DNA of 64,000 nucleotides from contig JBAZQX010000007.1 of assembly GCA_041644975.1 (NCBI GenBank), positions 1,906-65,905 of the forward strand, given 5' to 3'. The translations under genes and the position numbers were made by a program. Positions 27,461 to 37,476 of this stretch are shown here, piece by piece. Each line of letters starts with the position of its first letter. Positions within the stretch are counted from its first letter, which is position 1. The notes beneath the pieces were generated by a model. The model saw only the letters and a program-made list of their open reading frames with translations, did no database searches and was not told where the DNA came from. This stretch comes from Candidatus Doudnabacteria bacterium. GTDB lineage: Bacteria > Patescibacteriota > JAQUNI01.

Positions 27461-28135
27461 TTATTTTTTATTTTTCTCCCTCCACTCTTTTATCTTCTGA
27501 TGATTACCGGACAAAAGCACCTTTGGAACTTTCAAGCCTTGAAAATTATCGGGGCGGGTGTAATGAGGGTATTCAATATTATTTTCGGGCAGAGAAAATG
27601 ATTCCTCATTTAAGGATTCCTCGTTGCCTAAAACTCCTGGAATGAGCCGGCTCACCGCGTCCACAATCACCATAGCGGGAAGCTCGCCGCCGGTTAAAAC
27701 AAAGTTGCCAATGGATATCTCTTCATCCGCAAAATAATCCGCCACTCTTTGATCCACGCCTTCATAATGCCCGCAAATTAAAACCAATTTTTTAAAATGG
27801 CTAAGATCGCGAGCCATTTTCTGATCAAAAGTCTTGCCGCGCGCGGAAAGCAAAATTACGCGCGCGGAAGAATTATCGCGGGAGATGCCCTCGGAACTAA
27901 TTCTCGAGGGGAGAATTTTTTTTAAAGCACGATGGATAGGCTCAATTTTCATCACCATCCCAGCGCCGCCTCCATAGGGCACATCATCCGTGGTTTTATG
28001 TTTGTCGCGCGTGTAATCCCGCAAATTATGAATATTGATTTTGACCAATCCTTTATTTTGGGCGCGGCCTAAAATACTCCCGCTAAAATAGGAGTCAAAA
28101 ATTTTGGGGAAGATTGTGAGAATATCAAAAAACAT
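27461..28135 (-). CDS. trmD: tRNA (guanine37-N1)-methyltransferase TrmD
   Basis: MFFDILTIFP...YGGGAGMVMK...LICGHYEGVDQRV...GNFVLTGGELPAMV. Confidence 0.95.
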   Translation of the reverse strand: MFFDILTIFPKIFDSYFSGSILGRAQNKGLVKINIHNLRDYTRDKHKTTDDVPYGGGAGMVMKIEPIHRALKKILPSRISSEGISRDNSSARVILLSARGKTFDQKMARDLSHFKKLVLICGHYEGVDQRVADYFADEEISIGNFVLTGGELPAMVIVDAVSRLIPGVLGNEESLNEESFSLPENNIEYPHYTRPDNFQGLKVPKVLLSGNHQKIKEWREKNKK

Positions 28136-28149
28136 ATAAAAATGGAATA

Positions 28150-28212
28150 ATGAATTTTGAATCCCACCTACGCCCTTCGGGCTTCGGCGGGCAGGCAGGA
28201 ATCAGGAAGTTT
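28150..28212. repeat. Family H palindromic element, inverted copy
   Basis: gaatcccacctacgcccttcgggcttcggcgggcaggcaggaat. Confidence 0.6.
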
Positions 28213-28319
28213 TATTAAAAGATTCTTCCTTATTCCTGATTCAGTTCTATTTTAACCAAAACCGCCTCTTTAATCAAGGCGGTCTCGGTGTATTGAAAGC
28301 TTGAATTAAAAGCTTATCT

Positions 28320-28646
28320 TTACAGTTTCAGATCATCAACTACGTCAGTAGCTTGATCTTTCGGAGCTTCACTTCTGCCACGGCCTCGGGTAGAACCCTC
28401 GGGCTCAATAATCTTGAGGTTTACACGGGCATTGTTTTTTGCTCCGACCACTCTTAAAAGAGTTCGGATTGAAGATGCAGTCTGGCCGTTGCGTCCGATA
28501 ACTTGACCCATATCCGCGGGGTCAACCTCTAAAGTGATTAGCACTCCCATTTCATCAACGGTGCGATTAGCTTTCACTTTATCCGGATTATCAACTAGCA
28601 TCTGCACTACATACTCCAGGAACTCTAAATCCTTTTCTTTAGCCAT
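28320..28646 (-). CDS. KH domain RNA-binding protein (YlqC/UPF0109 family)
   Basis: VIGRNGQTASSIRTLL KH motif. Typical neighbour of trmD. Confidence 0.85.
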   Translation of the reverse strand: MAKEKDLEFLEYVVQMLVDNPDKVKANRTVDEMGVLITLEVDPADMGQVIGRNGQTASSIRTLLRVVGAKNNARVNLKIIEPEGSTRGRGRSEAPKDQATDVVDDLKL

Positions 28647-28767
28647 ACTTCTTTTTGGACTTACTTAACTTATTATTTCAATAAATAAAGTGAAGGTCGA
28701 CCTAAAAAGCTTTCACTTTATTCACTGTTAATAAAATACACTATTTTTTCAATTTTGTCAAGGAAAA

Positions 28768-30177
28768 CTACCTCATCACATTTAAAGGATTAACTGCTCC
28801 TTTACTCGTTCTAATCTCAAAATGTAAATGAGGACCTGTGGACCAGCCGGTAGAACCTACATAACCGATTAGTTCTCCAGCCTGAACTTTTCCGACCGTC
28901 CTTTTGTAACTGGATAAATGGGCATAAACTGTCTCACTGCCACTGGGATGAGAAATTACGATGCTTTTACCATAACCGCCCCGCCAACCGGAAAAAATAA
29001 TAGAACCGCCGGCAGCGGCATAAATGGGCGAACCTGTGTCCCCGTCAATATCCACCCCATGATGACGATAACTGTAATACTGGTTGATTTTATGTGAACT
29101 CGTAGGCCAAATCCAACCCCCTTTACCTTTCGCGGGAATGGAAGGAGATTCCTCTTCCTCATTTTGAGGCTCATAAACCAAAGCGCGGGAAGATTCCTCA
29201 CTCGGTGCATACTTCGGAGGAAGCGGGATCTTCCCGCCCGGAATCATTAAACTTTGACCAATCTGAATATTCGCCTCACTCCCTAAATTATTATATTCAA
29301 TAATCTTCTGGATATCTCCCTCGTAAACCTTGGCGATTTCAGAAAGAGTGTCGCCGGCTTTGACCGTATACAAAACACCAGAAACGGGGGGAATCTTCAG
29401 AATATCGCCTGGGCGGATGTAAGACGTTTCCGAAAGGTTGTTCGCAGAGAGAATAGTGACTACACTCAACCCATATTGCAGAGCAATGGAACTTACTGAT
29501 TCTCCGGGGGTCACGGTGTGCTGCACCACCTCTGTGCGCGCTTCTTCTACGGGTCCGGCTTTCACCTCTTGTTCCAAAAGAGGCAAAGGAATCAGGGCAT
29601 TACCTTGCACTGTCGGGAGAGCCATAGGATCGGATGTGAATCCTCCTCTCTCCTCGTTGTTATCCGCCGCAGCCAAAACGGTAGCTGACATTTCCGAGGT
29701 AAAACCGCCTATGCCATGAGGGAGAGCTTCTGGATCATTGCGACTTTCCACCAAACGTTCCTCATCACTTTTTAAAATACCGCTAAATAAAATACTCGTG
29801 CCCTGTCTTTCCTCGCCTTGGTTTTGATCCTTGCGACCCTCTATATTATTCCAAACCACCAATAAAGCAATCAGAATGACCATTAAATGCACAGTGTAAG
29901 AAGGCGCAAAAGGGGAAAAATTTTTAGGAGACCTTTGTAAAGAGCTCCATTTAATATGATTTTTGAAAAAAATAAAAGACCTTTCTGCTTTCTTTACTAA
30001 ACTACCTGAAAGATGAACCTTATTTATCGTGAGATCGGCCTGCGCCCGAGAAAGGGTTTTGTCTAATTTTTGATTAAATTGTTTGCCTGTTTCCTCTATT
30101 TCTTCTGGATTTGTCTGATATCGTTTCCTTCTTTCCCTTGCCGTCCAATTCAAGAAAGAAATTATATTTTGAGACAA
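28768..30177 (-). CDS. M23 family peptidase with LysM domains
   Basis: Two LysM repeats (GDTLSEIAKVY). C-terminal HHGVDIDGDTGSPIYAAAGG...GPHLHFEIR M23 signature. Confidence 0.85.
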   Translation of the reverse strand: MSQNIISFLNWTARERRKRYQTNPEEIEETGKQFNQKLDKTLSRAQADLTINKVHLSGSLVKKAERSFIFFKNHIKWSSLQRSPKNFSPFAPSYTVHLMVILIALLVVWNNIEGRKDQNQGEERQGTSILFSGILKSDEERLVESRNDPEALPHGIGGFTSEMSATVLAAADNNEERGGFTSDPMALPTVQGNALIPLPLLEQEVKAGPVEEARTEVVQHTVTPGESVSSIALQYGLSVVTILSANNLSETSYIRPGDILKIPPVSGVLYTVKAGDTLSEIAKVYEGDIQKIIEYNNLGSEANIQIGQSLMIPGGKIPLPPKYAPSEESSRALVYEPQNEEEESPSIPAKGKGGWIWPTSSHKINQYYSYRHHGVDIDGDTGSPIYAAAGGSIIFSGWRGGYGKSIVISHPSGSETVYAHLSSYKRTVGKVQAGELIGYVGSTGWSTGPHLHFEIRTSKGAVNPLNVMR

Positions 30178-30448
30178 TATAACTCACTCCTCTTTAAGCG
30201 AATTAGATATCCTTAAAAATGCATCCGAAACTGCTAATTTATAGCTTAGCATAGGGATTAAACACTGTCAAAAGATTTATCCCCACTCTTTTGATGGCCA
30301 TTGTTCGACTGTTCTATTGCTCAATTGTTAATAGGATAACCATGGCAAATCCACGAACGATAACAATCGAACAATTGAATAATGAACCCCGTTAGACCCC
30401 GTTTAGAAATTTATTTCTAACGGGATGAACTTTCTCTAACGGGGTAAA

Positions 30449-31741
30449 TTATTCAGGACACAACATCTTGATTACCTTTTTATTCCGAATTAGACTCTGA
30501 ATGTAGTCGCGATAGACGGGACTCTCAAACTTATCTTTCATCTCTGTGTTGTTTGGATAAAGCTTCAATATTTGATCTATTTCCGCTTCCGTCTCTTTTT
30601 CCGCGACCTGGACTTTCTCGCGCCGCGCGATTTCCCGCAGTACCAAGCTTGTTTTAATCCTTTTCTCCGCAGCCTTGTCCCAAGCCTGTAACAGATCGGC
30701 GCGGCTTTTTTTGATGCTTTTTAAATAATCCTCAAGCCTGCCCCCTTGACTCTCTATATCTTTCTTTAGTTCCTGCATCATCCTTTCTTTTTCCGCATCT
30801 AATAAAACCGGGGGGATTTCTACTTTTACCGAAGCGCATACCTTGTCTAAAACTTTGAGTTCATATTTTTCCCGCATCCTCGTTTCTGCCTCGGTTTGAA
30901 GGTTTGCTCGCAGTTTCTTTTTTAAGACCATTAAAGAAGTAAAACGCGGGCTTAAACTCTGCGCAAATTCGTCGCTCACTTCAGGTATTTTTACCTCTTG
31001 CACCAGATTCATTTTGACCTGAAAGCGCGCCAAACGACCGGCAAGATGCTGATGCAAATATTCTCGCGGAAATCTTAAATTAAACGCCTTTTCATCACCC
31101 TTCTTCATCCCTAGAATTTGATCCTCAAAGCCTGGCACAAATTGTCCTTGCCCTAAAATTAAGGGGTGGTTTTGGCTTACTCCCCCCTCAATAAGGTTGT
31201 TTTTAAGATAACATTTGAAATCAATTTCTACCCTGTCTCTCTTTCGCGCTTCGCGAGAAACAGTAATATACGCGGCGCGCGTCTCCTGTAACTTCTTCAC
31301 CAAGGCCTCTGTGTCTTTTATTGTCACTTTTTTTACTTTCGGCTTAGCAACTTTTACGTTCTTGTAACTGCCCAAAATTACTTCTGGCATCACGGCCGCT
31401 ACTACTTTAAAAAGTAAAGGATTGTCCGGCGCTATTTTTAAAATACTTATTTGGGGTTTACCCAAAACATCCATCTTCTTTTCGATAAATACCCTCTTCA
31501 GAAAAGAAGGTAAGCCTAGCTTCACGGCTTCTTCCCAAAGCTGCGCCCTGCCCACCTGTCTTTCCACTAATTCTCTAGGGGCAGCGCCGGGCCGAAATCC
31601 GTTGATTTTGATTCCCCGCGCAATCTCCCGTGCGGCAGATTCTAAAAAAGGCTTAATTTCCTCCGTGTCCACTTCCACATTTAATTCCACTTGCGATTGG
31701 GGTAATTTTTTGAATTCAATTTTCATTCTGTTTAATTTCAA
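30449..31741 (-). CDS. tig: Trigger factor
   Basis: N-terminal MKIEFKKLPQSQVELNVEVD and domain layout. Length 430 aa. Confidence 0.9.
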   Translation of the reverse strand: MKLNRMKIEFKKLPQSQVELNVEVDTEEIKPFLESAAREIARGIKINGFRPGAAPRELVERQVGRAQLWEEAVKLGLPSFLKRVFIEKKMDVLGKPQISILKIAPDNPLLFKVVAAVMPEVILGSYKNVKVAKPKVKKVTIKDTEALVKKLQETRAAYITVSREARKRDRVEIDFKCYLKNNLIEGGVSQNHPLILGQGQFVPGFEDQILGMKKGDEKAFNLRFPREYLHQHLAGRLARFQVKMNLVQEVKIPEVSDEFAQSLSPRFTSLMVLKKKLRANLQTEAETRMREKYELKVLDKVCASVKVEIPPVLLDAEKERMMQELKKDIESQGGRLEDYLKSIKKSRADLLQAWDKAAEKRIKTSLVLREIARREKVQVAEKETEAEIDQILKLYPNNTEMKDKFESPVYRDYIQSLIRNKKVIKMLCPE

Positions 31742-31841
31742 TCCCCTCTACTTGATCTGAAAAAATAAAAAAGGAGTGAAAGCCCCTTTTTTACTCGAGG
31801 GCGGGGTTCCCTCCAAAAAAAGCTTTTTGGGGGGGGATTAT

Positions 31842-33830
31842 TTAATGAATCATTTTAACAAGTAAGGGAGCAATAAGTAAAGAAACAATAGCCAGCAGTT
31901 TAATTAAAATATTTAAGGCGGGACCGGAAGTGTCCTTAAAGGGATCGCCAACCGTATCACCCACCACGGCTGCTTTATGACTATCAGAACCCTTGCCGCC
32001 TAAATGGCCTTTTTCAATGTATTTCTTGGCATTATCCCAAGCCCCGCCGGCGTTAGCCATCATCACGGCTAACAAAAATCCAGTCACTGTCGCGCCCGCC
32101 AGAAGACCGCCTAAGGCGGCAGGTCCCATCACAAAACCCACCAAAAGCGGCGCGCCAATAGTGACAATGCTGGGTAAAACCATCTTTTTGAGAGCCGCGC
32201 TGGTGGATATAGAGACACAACGACTGTAATCTGGTTTTGCTTTGCCTTCCATTAAGCCCTCAATCTCCCGAAATTGGCGGCGCACCTCTGTCACCATTTC
32301 CATTGCCGCGTCACCGACTGCCCGCATGCTCAAAGCCGAAAAAAAGAAAGGAAGCGCCCCCCCAATAAACATTCCTGCCATCACTCTGGGATCGCTAATA
32401 TCAATAAATTGAAGACCAATGCTTTCAGTATAGCTTGCGAATAAAGCTAGAGCGGTTAAAGCAGCGGATCCAATGGCGAATCCTTTACCCATAGCGGCGG
32501 TAGTGTTGCCCACAGCGTCTAAACTCTCGGTGCGCTCTCTTACCTCCCCGCCCATCCCTGCCATTTCCGCAATGCCGGCGGCATTATCCGCGACGGGACC
32601 ATAGGTATCCGCCGCGAGCGTAATCCCTAAAGTAGAAAGCATACCCACAGCGGCAATGGCAACGCCATACAGGCCAAACAAGGCATAGCTTGCCCAGATG
32701 CCTAAAGCGACCACCAAAACTGGAATAATCGTGCTTAACATCCCTAAAGAAAGTCCTTGAATAATGTTTGTAGCCGCTCCCGTCTCCGAACTCTCTGCGA
32801 TTTTTTGGGTGGGCTTATTATTATCCGAAGTGTAATATTCGGTCACATAACCAATAATTACGCCCGCCATCACCCCCACTAAAGTGGCGTAAAAAATTTT
32901 GATGTCGTCAACAATGTGAAAAACCTCTACCACCAAATAAGATCCGACAATCATCAAGAGAGCGGCGCCATAAATGCCGCGATTTAAAATACTGCTCACT
33001 TTTTTGGCTCCGCGGGAGACCTGAACAATAATGTTTCCAAAAAGGGAAGCTAAAATACCTACTGCGGACAAAAGCAAAGGCAAAGCTACGGCATCACCCT
33101 GTAAAGTCGCCGGAAAGACCAAAACGCCGATCGCCATCGCCGCAATGATAGAGTCCACATAAGATTCAAAAAGATCAGCGCCCATACCCGCCACATCACC
33201 CACATTATCACCCACATTATCTGCGATCACGGCGGGATTGCGCGGATCATCCTCGGGAATGCCTTTTTCTATTTTACCGACCAAATCCGCTCCCACATCC
33301 GCGGCCTTGGTGTAAATTCCGCCTCCTACTCTCGCAAACAAGGCGATGGAAGAAGCGCCAAAGCCAAAACCATAAATAATCCTAGGGTCGCGCACGAGCC
33401 AGTATAGTAAAGCTACGCCCAAAAGCCCCACAGAAACCACGGATAGTCCCATCACCGAACCCGAGGAAAAAGCAAGCAACAGGCCTTTTTGCACGCTTTG
33501 CGCTGCAGCCTGGGCAGTCCGCACATTGGCGCGCGTCGCAATCCGCATGCCAATATTACCTACCAGCGCCGAAAAAATCGCTCCCAATAAAAAAGCTCCG
33601 GCGGTTTTGTAACCCAACACGATATACAGCACAAAACCAAAAACTAAAACAAAAACGGCGAGGATTTTATACTCTTTATGCAAAAAAGCCATCGCTCCCT
33701 CATGAATTGCCGCAGAGATCTCGCGCATTTTTTCCGTGCCTGCATCCTGACGCAAAATTTTCACAGCCAAAAAGAGAGCAAACAAAAGACCCAAAAAAGC
33801 AATAATAACGGAGAAGATAATAGCAGACAT
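31842..33830 (-). CDS. hppA: Membrane-bound proton/sodium-translocating pyrophosphatase
   Basis: [40 protein letters not shown]. Multi-TM protein of 662 aa. Confidence 0.95.
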   Translation of the reverse strand: MSAIIFSVIIAFLGLLFALFLAVKILRQDAGTEKMREISAAIHEGAMAFLHKEYKILAVFVLVFGFVLYIVLGYKTAGAFLLGAIFSALVGNIGMRIATRANVRTAQAAAQSVQKGLLLAFSSGSVMGLSVVSVGLLGVALLYWLVRDPRIIYGFGFGASSIALFARVGGGIYTKAADVGADLVGKIEKGIPEDDPRNPAVIADNVGDNVGDVAGMGADLFESYVDSIIAAMAIGVLVFPATLQGDAVALPLLLSAVGILASLFGNIIVQVSRGAKKVSSILNRGIYGAALLMIVGSYLVVEVFHIVDDIKIFYATLVGVMAGVIIGYVTEYYTSDNNKPTQKIAESSETGAATNIIQGLSLGMLSTIIPVLVVALGIWASYALFGLYGVAIAAVGMLSTLGITLAADTYGPVADNAAGIAEMAGMGGEVRERTESLDAVGNTTAAMGKGFAIGSAALTALALFASYTESIGLQFIDISDPRVMAGMFIGGALPFFFSALSMRAVGDAAMEMVTEVRRQFREIEGLMEGKAKPDYSRCVSISTSAALKKMVLPSIVTIGAPLLVGFVMGPAALGGLLAGATVTGFLLAVMMANAGGAWDNAKKYIEKGHLGGKGSDSHKAAVVGDTVGDPFKDTSGPALNILIKLLAIVSLLIAPLLVKMIH

Positions 33831-33980
33831 AATTTTTACCAGTAAACCCCGTTAGCCCAGTTAGAAATAAATTTCTAAACGGGATCAGAGAACCTCGTTC
33901 TTTAATGGGGTAAATTTTAATTGATATTTGATTAAAAATTATAGTTTCTCGTTAGAAAAAAGTCAACCCAAAAAAATATA

Positions 33981-35168
33981 TTACTCATCCTTAGCACTTT
34001 TCTTCTTTTTATCGTCTCCCTCCTTGCCCTGTTTCTTTTTGGATTTCACTTTTTCTTCACCTTTCTTCTCTGCCTCCTTTTCTGGTTCTTTTGCCTTTGT
34101 TTCTTCCACACTTTCCTTCTCTACGGCTTTCACGTCTATCTTCCAATCTGTGAGTTTGGCGGCGAGGCGCACATTTTGTCCTTCTTTGCCAATTGCCAAA
34201 GATAATTGATCAGATGCGACAAAAACGCGAGCCAGCCTTTCTCTTTCATTTAATTGGACATGAGACACCTTAGCCGGAGCAAGGGCATTGGTCACAAAAC
34301 GCGCCGGATCTTCGCTCCATTCAATAATATCAATTTTTTCACCATTAATTTCATTAATCACGGCTTGCACCCTGGACCCGCGCTGGCCTACGCAAGCGCC
34401 GATAGGATCCACCTCTCTGTCGCTACTTACGACCGCAACTTTACTGCGCAAACCCGCTTCTCTAGCCACGATTTTAATCTTCACTACTCCCGAATTCACC
34501 TCTGGCACTTCCAAACCAAAAAGGATCTTAATAATTTCCGGACTGGTGCGCGATAGAATAATCTCTGGCCCCTTCGCTCCCTCCCGCACTTCGGTAATAT
34601 AGACTTTAAGCCTCTGGTTCACCTGGTAACGCTCGTTACGCACCTGCTCCGAAGGCGGAACAAAACCGGTAGTCTGCCCTAAATCCACAAAAATCGTGCT
34701 CCCTTCCACTCTTTGGATCACTCCATTCATAAGCTCGCCCTCCCGCCCCTTGAAGGCGCAAAACAGCGCTTCGCGCTCGGCTTCGCGAATCCTTTGAATA
34801 ATTACCTGTTTCGCGGTCTGGGCTGCCACCCGACCATAATCGCCAGGAGGTTCTATGGGAGTGACAAGCTCATCGCCCACTTTTATTTTTTTCTTCTTTT
34901 GCTTGGCCTCCGAAAGAATAATCTCTTTCCGCGGATCTTTGATTTCGGCATCGTCTGCCACCACCTCTTTCACGTCAAAAAGGTCAAAATTGCCGGTTTT
35001 AGGATTATATTTGGCTCTGGTATTTTCATTGGGTTTTCCATAATCCTTGCGGTAAGCCGCGGCGAGCGCCGCCTCCACGGTTCCAAAAACAACATCGCGG
35101 CTAATCCCCTTTTCATCACAGATTTGATTAATTGCCGCATCAAATTCTTTGTTGATAAAATTGTTCAT
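33981..35168 (-). CDS. nusA: Transcription termination/antitermination factor NusA with Lys/Glu-rich C-terminal tail
   Basis: N-terminal domain, S1 and two KH domains. Confidence 0.95.
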   Translation of the reverse strand: MNNFINKEFDAAINQICDEKGISRDVVFGTVEAALAAAYRKDYGKPNENTRAKYNPKTGNFDLFDVKEVVADDAEIKDPRKEIILSEAKQKKKKIKVGDELVTPIEPPGDYGRVAAQTAKQVIIQRIREAEREALFCAFKGREGELMNGVIQRVEGSTIFVDLGQTTGFVPPSEQVRNERYQVNQRLKVYITEVREGAKGPEIILSRTSPEIIKILFGLEVPEVNSGVVKIKIVAREAGLRSKVAVVSSDREVDPIGACVGQRGSRVQAVINEINGEKIDIIEWSEDPARFVTNALAPAKVSHVQLNERERLARVFVASDQLSLAIGKEGQNVRLAAKLTDWKIDVKAVEKESVEETKAKEPEKEAEKKGEEKVKSKKKQGKEGDDKKKKSAKDE

Positions 35169-35304
35169 AAAGACATTTTAATTTTTAGAATGTTTTAAAA
35201 AATAATTTTATAAAAATATCCTGTCCGAAACAGGATTCACTGACCGTTCACAATCTCACTGTTTTAAGTATAGCATAGGGTTTTAAAAAGGCAACTATTC
35301 CGAT

Positions 35305-35673
35305 TTATTCTTCCACCGCATTCTTAAAATGCTCCAAGTGCGCCGACCTTCTCGGATAATCCAAAGTAATGCCGACCACATCAACGCGAAAATCCTGTTC
35401 TATACCTTTCTCATTTAGATAGGCGTAAGCGGTTCTTAATAATTTTCTTTGTTTAAAAAAATCAACCGCTTCCTGCGGTTCGCCAAAATCCCCGCTCGTT
35501 CTTGTCTTGACCTCCACAAAAACCAACATCTTGGCTTTCTTGTCTAAAGCTAAAATGTCAATCTCTCCCTCCCTCTTTTGAAAATTGCGCTCCAAAATTT
35601 TGTAACCCTTCTTCTTTAGATAACGACAAGCCAAATTCTCGCCTAGCCTCCCCACTCTTTGCTTCCTCATCAT
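35305..35673 (-). CDS. yraN: YraN family (UPF0102) endonuclease-like protein
   Basis: GRLGENLACRYLKKKGYKILERNFQKREGEIDILA...VFVEVKTR. Start chosen at the internal MMRKQ to avoid overlap. Confidence 0.8.
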   Translation of the reverse strand: MMRKQRVGRLGENLACRYLKKKGYKILERNFQKREGEIDILALDKKAKMLVFVEVKTRTSGDFGEPQEAVDFFKQRKLLRTAYAYLNEKGIEQDFRVDVVGITLDYPRRSAHLEHFKNAVEE

Positions 35674-35683
35674 AATCCTAAAA

Positions 35684-36226
35684 TTATTTTTTGTAGACCA
35701 ACGCGTAATGATAAGGGCTCGGATCCCAAGAATCAAGCAAATCTAAACCCAAATCTTGGGCAAGCTCCTTCACCTTGTGTTCTGAAATTCTATTGTCCGG
35801 CAAAGGCCCAAAAGGCAAATCCTGAAGTTTCCAATCAATAATTAAAATCTTGCCATCTCCCTTGGTGATCCGTTTCGCCTCTTTGAAAATTTCCTGCGGC
35901 TTATCGTTTTGGAACAAAACATCAACCAACATAGCCAAGTCCAAAGTGTTATCGGGCAATTTTGTGCTTTGATAAACCTCCAAGTCCGCCCAAACCATTT
36001 TTATAATATCATCCAAACCCTCCATATGCGCCTTATCTTCCACCCCCGATAAAGCAGACTGCTGAATATCAATAGCATAAGCCACCCCTTTCTCGCCCAC
36101 AATCTTTGCCGCCGGCAGGATGAAAAAACCCGCCCCGCAGCCTAAATCCGCGGTTTTCATTCCTTGTTTTAAACCCACGCGGTCTAAAACTTCTTCTGGT
36201 TTAATAAAACCTTCAATTCTAGGCAT
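35684..36226 (-). CDS. Small class I SAM-dependent methyltransferase
   Basis: ADLGCGAGFF motif I. Confidence 0.75.
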   Translation of the reverse strand: MPRIEGFIKPEEVLDRVGLKQGMKTADLGCGAGFFILPAAKIVGEKGVAYAIDIQQSALSGVEDKAHMEGLDDIIKMVWADLEVYQSTKLPDNTLDLAMLVDVLFQNDKPQEIFKEAKRITKGDGKILIIDWKLQDLPFGPLPDNRISEHKVKELAQDLGLDLLDSWDPSPYHYALVYKK

Positions 36227-36295
36227 AATATTAATGTAAAATGAAAAATGAAAAAATTAAAATGACAGTTTAAAATGTTAAAATGAAAAAATTTT

Positions 36296-36550
36296 AATTT
36301 TGAATTACCTTAACATATCGTCATTGCGAGGGAGGCACCTTAGTGCCGACCAAAGCCCGCCCGCCTCGCCTGAAGCCGCGCCCGCCATGCTAGCCGCAAG
36401 GCGTTGCGGGCGGGCGAAGCGATGGCGGGCAGGCAATCTCATAAATCTGTATAAATACAGCTCGATGAGATTGCGGAGCCTGTCCCGAGCGGAAGCGAGG
36501 GATCGGGCTTGACGCCCTCCTCGCAATGACAAAATGAATATCGAAAATTA
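36296..36550. repeat. Composite MITE-like element: family A termini (CGTCATTGCGAGG...CCTCGCAATGAC) enclosing a family B GC-rich module
   Basis: The ORFs called inside it on both strands (36300-36512 and 36305-36532) are repeat artefacts. Confidence 0.75.
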
Positions 36551-37183
36551 TTTTTTCAAAAATCCATACACTGGTCTAAAGCTCCGCCTATGAATCGCGC
36601 ACGGTCCGAACTGCGCCAACTTTTCTCTATGTTCTATTGTACCATAACCTTTATGAGAATCAAAGCCGTATTGGGGATATTTTTGGTGGAGGGCAAACAT
36701 AATCCGGTCCCGCGTCACCTTGGCAATAATTGAAGCGGCGGCGATTAAACGTTCTGAACCGTCTCCTTTCACAATCGGCTTTTGGGCATAAAGAAGAGCG
36801 GGAATTTTAAGATTGCCGTCCACTAAAACGCAATCAACTTTTTTGCGAAGCCCTAAAACCAAATTTTGCACTGCTATTCTCATTGCCCGAAAAGTGGCGC
36901 CCAAGATATTCAGTTCGTCAATTAAATATGGGCTCGCCGCCCCTAAGCCATATTGGCCTTCAGCCGCGATTAGTCTAAAAAGTTCCTCCCGCTTTTCCGG
37001 GTTGATTTTTTTAGAATCAGTAATTTCTTTCAAAAAAAGATTACCCTGCGCGTTATGAGGCAACCAGACCGCCGCCGCGATGACCGGCCCGGCCCAAGGA
37101 CCTCTGCCCGCTTCATCAACGCCAATGATGATTTTATGACCGTCATTGATTAATTTTTTTTCGATTTTGGAGAGTAAGGACAT
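36548..37183 (-). CDS. rnhB: Ribonuclease HII
   Basis: GVDEAGRGPWAGPVIAAAV catalytic motif. Confidence 0.95.
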   Translation of the reverse strand: MSLLSKIEKKLINDGHKIIIGVDEAGRGPWAGPVIAAAVWLPHNAQGNLFLKEITDSKKINPEKREELFRLIAAEGQYGLGAASPYLIDELNILGATFRAMRIAVQNLVLGLRKKVDCVLVDGNLKIPALLYAQKPIVKGDGSERLIAAASIIAKVTRDRIMFALHQKYPQYGFDSHKGYGTIEHREKLAQFGPCAIHRRSFRPVYGFLKK

Positions 37184-37193
37184 TTTATTACCC

Positions 37194-37400
37194 TGAATTA
37201 CGAAATGTGCGATTAGATTCTAACCCTTTTTTTTTATCAGGGGGGAAAATTTAACCCCTCTCTAATCTCCCCTTGTCCTCCTACTTCCGCCCGGGGCGGA
37301 CTTCGGCGGGACACGGTCCTCCTTCGCCCCTCACTTGCCAAACAAGTAAGGGGCTTCGGCAGGACACGGTCAGGGGAGGTTTATCTACACTAAATATACC
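37194..37400. repeat. MITE-like element with GAATTACGAAAT terminus carrying the family C module (AACCCCTCTCTAATCTCCCCTTGTC) and direct repeats of gggcggacttcggcgggacacggtcc / gggcttcggcaggacacggtc
   Basis: Terminus at 37194-37208 and the family C motif at 37250. Confidence 0.65.
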
Positions 37401-37425
37401 AATTTATTTTCATTTTGACCATTTT

Positions 37426-37458
37426 GGAAAATAAAAAAGAGCTGAATTTGTTCAGCTC
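37426..37458 (-). terminator. Rho-independent terminator downstream of purC
   Basis: Minus strand reads gagctgaacaaattcagctc followed by ttttttatttt. Confidence 0.5.
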
Positions 37459-37476
37459 CAATAATTAAAGTGCAAA

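Noticed and set aside
36300-36532. ORFs 36300-36512 (+) and 36305-36532 (-) from the six-frame track; likewise 55864-56136, 6448-6840, 6569-6895 and 63474-63782
   Set aside because: They lie entirely within palindromic GC-rich repeat elements, are open on both strands because of the symmetry, and have Arg/Ala/Ser-rich low-complexity translations.
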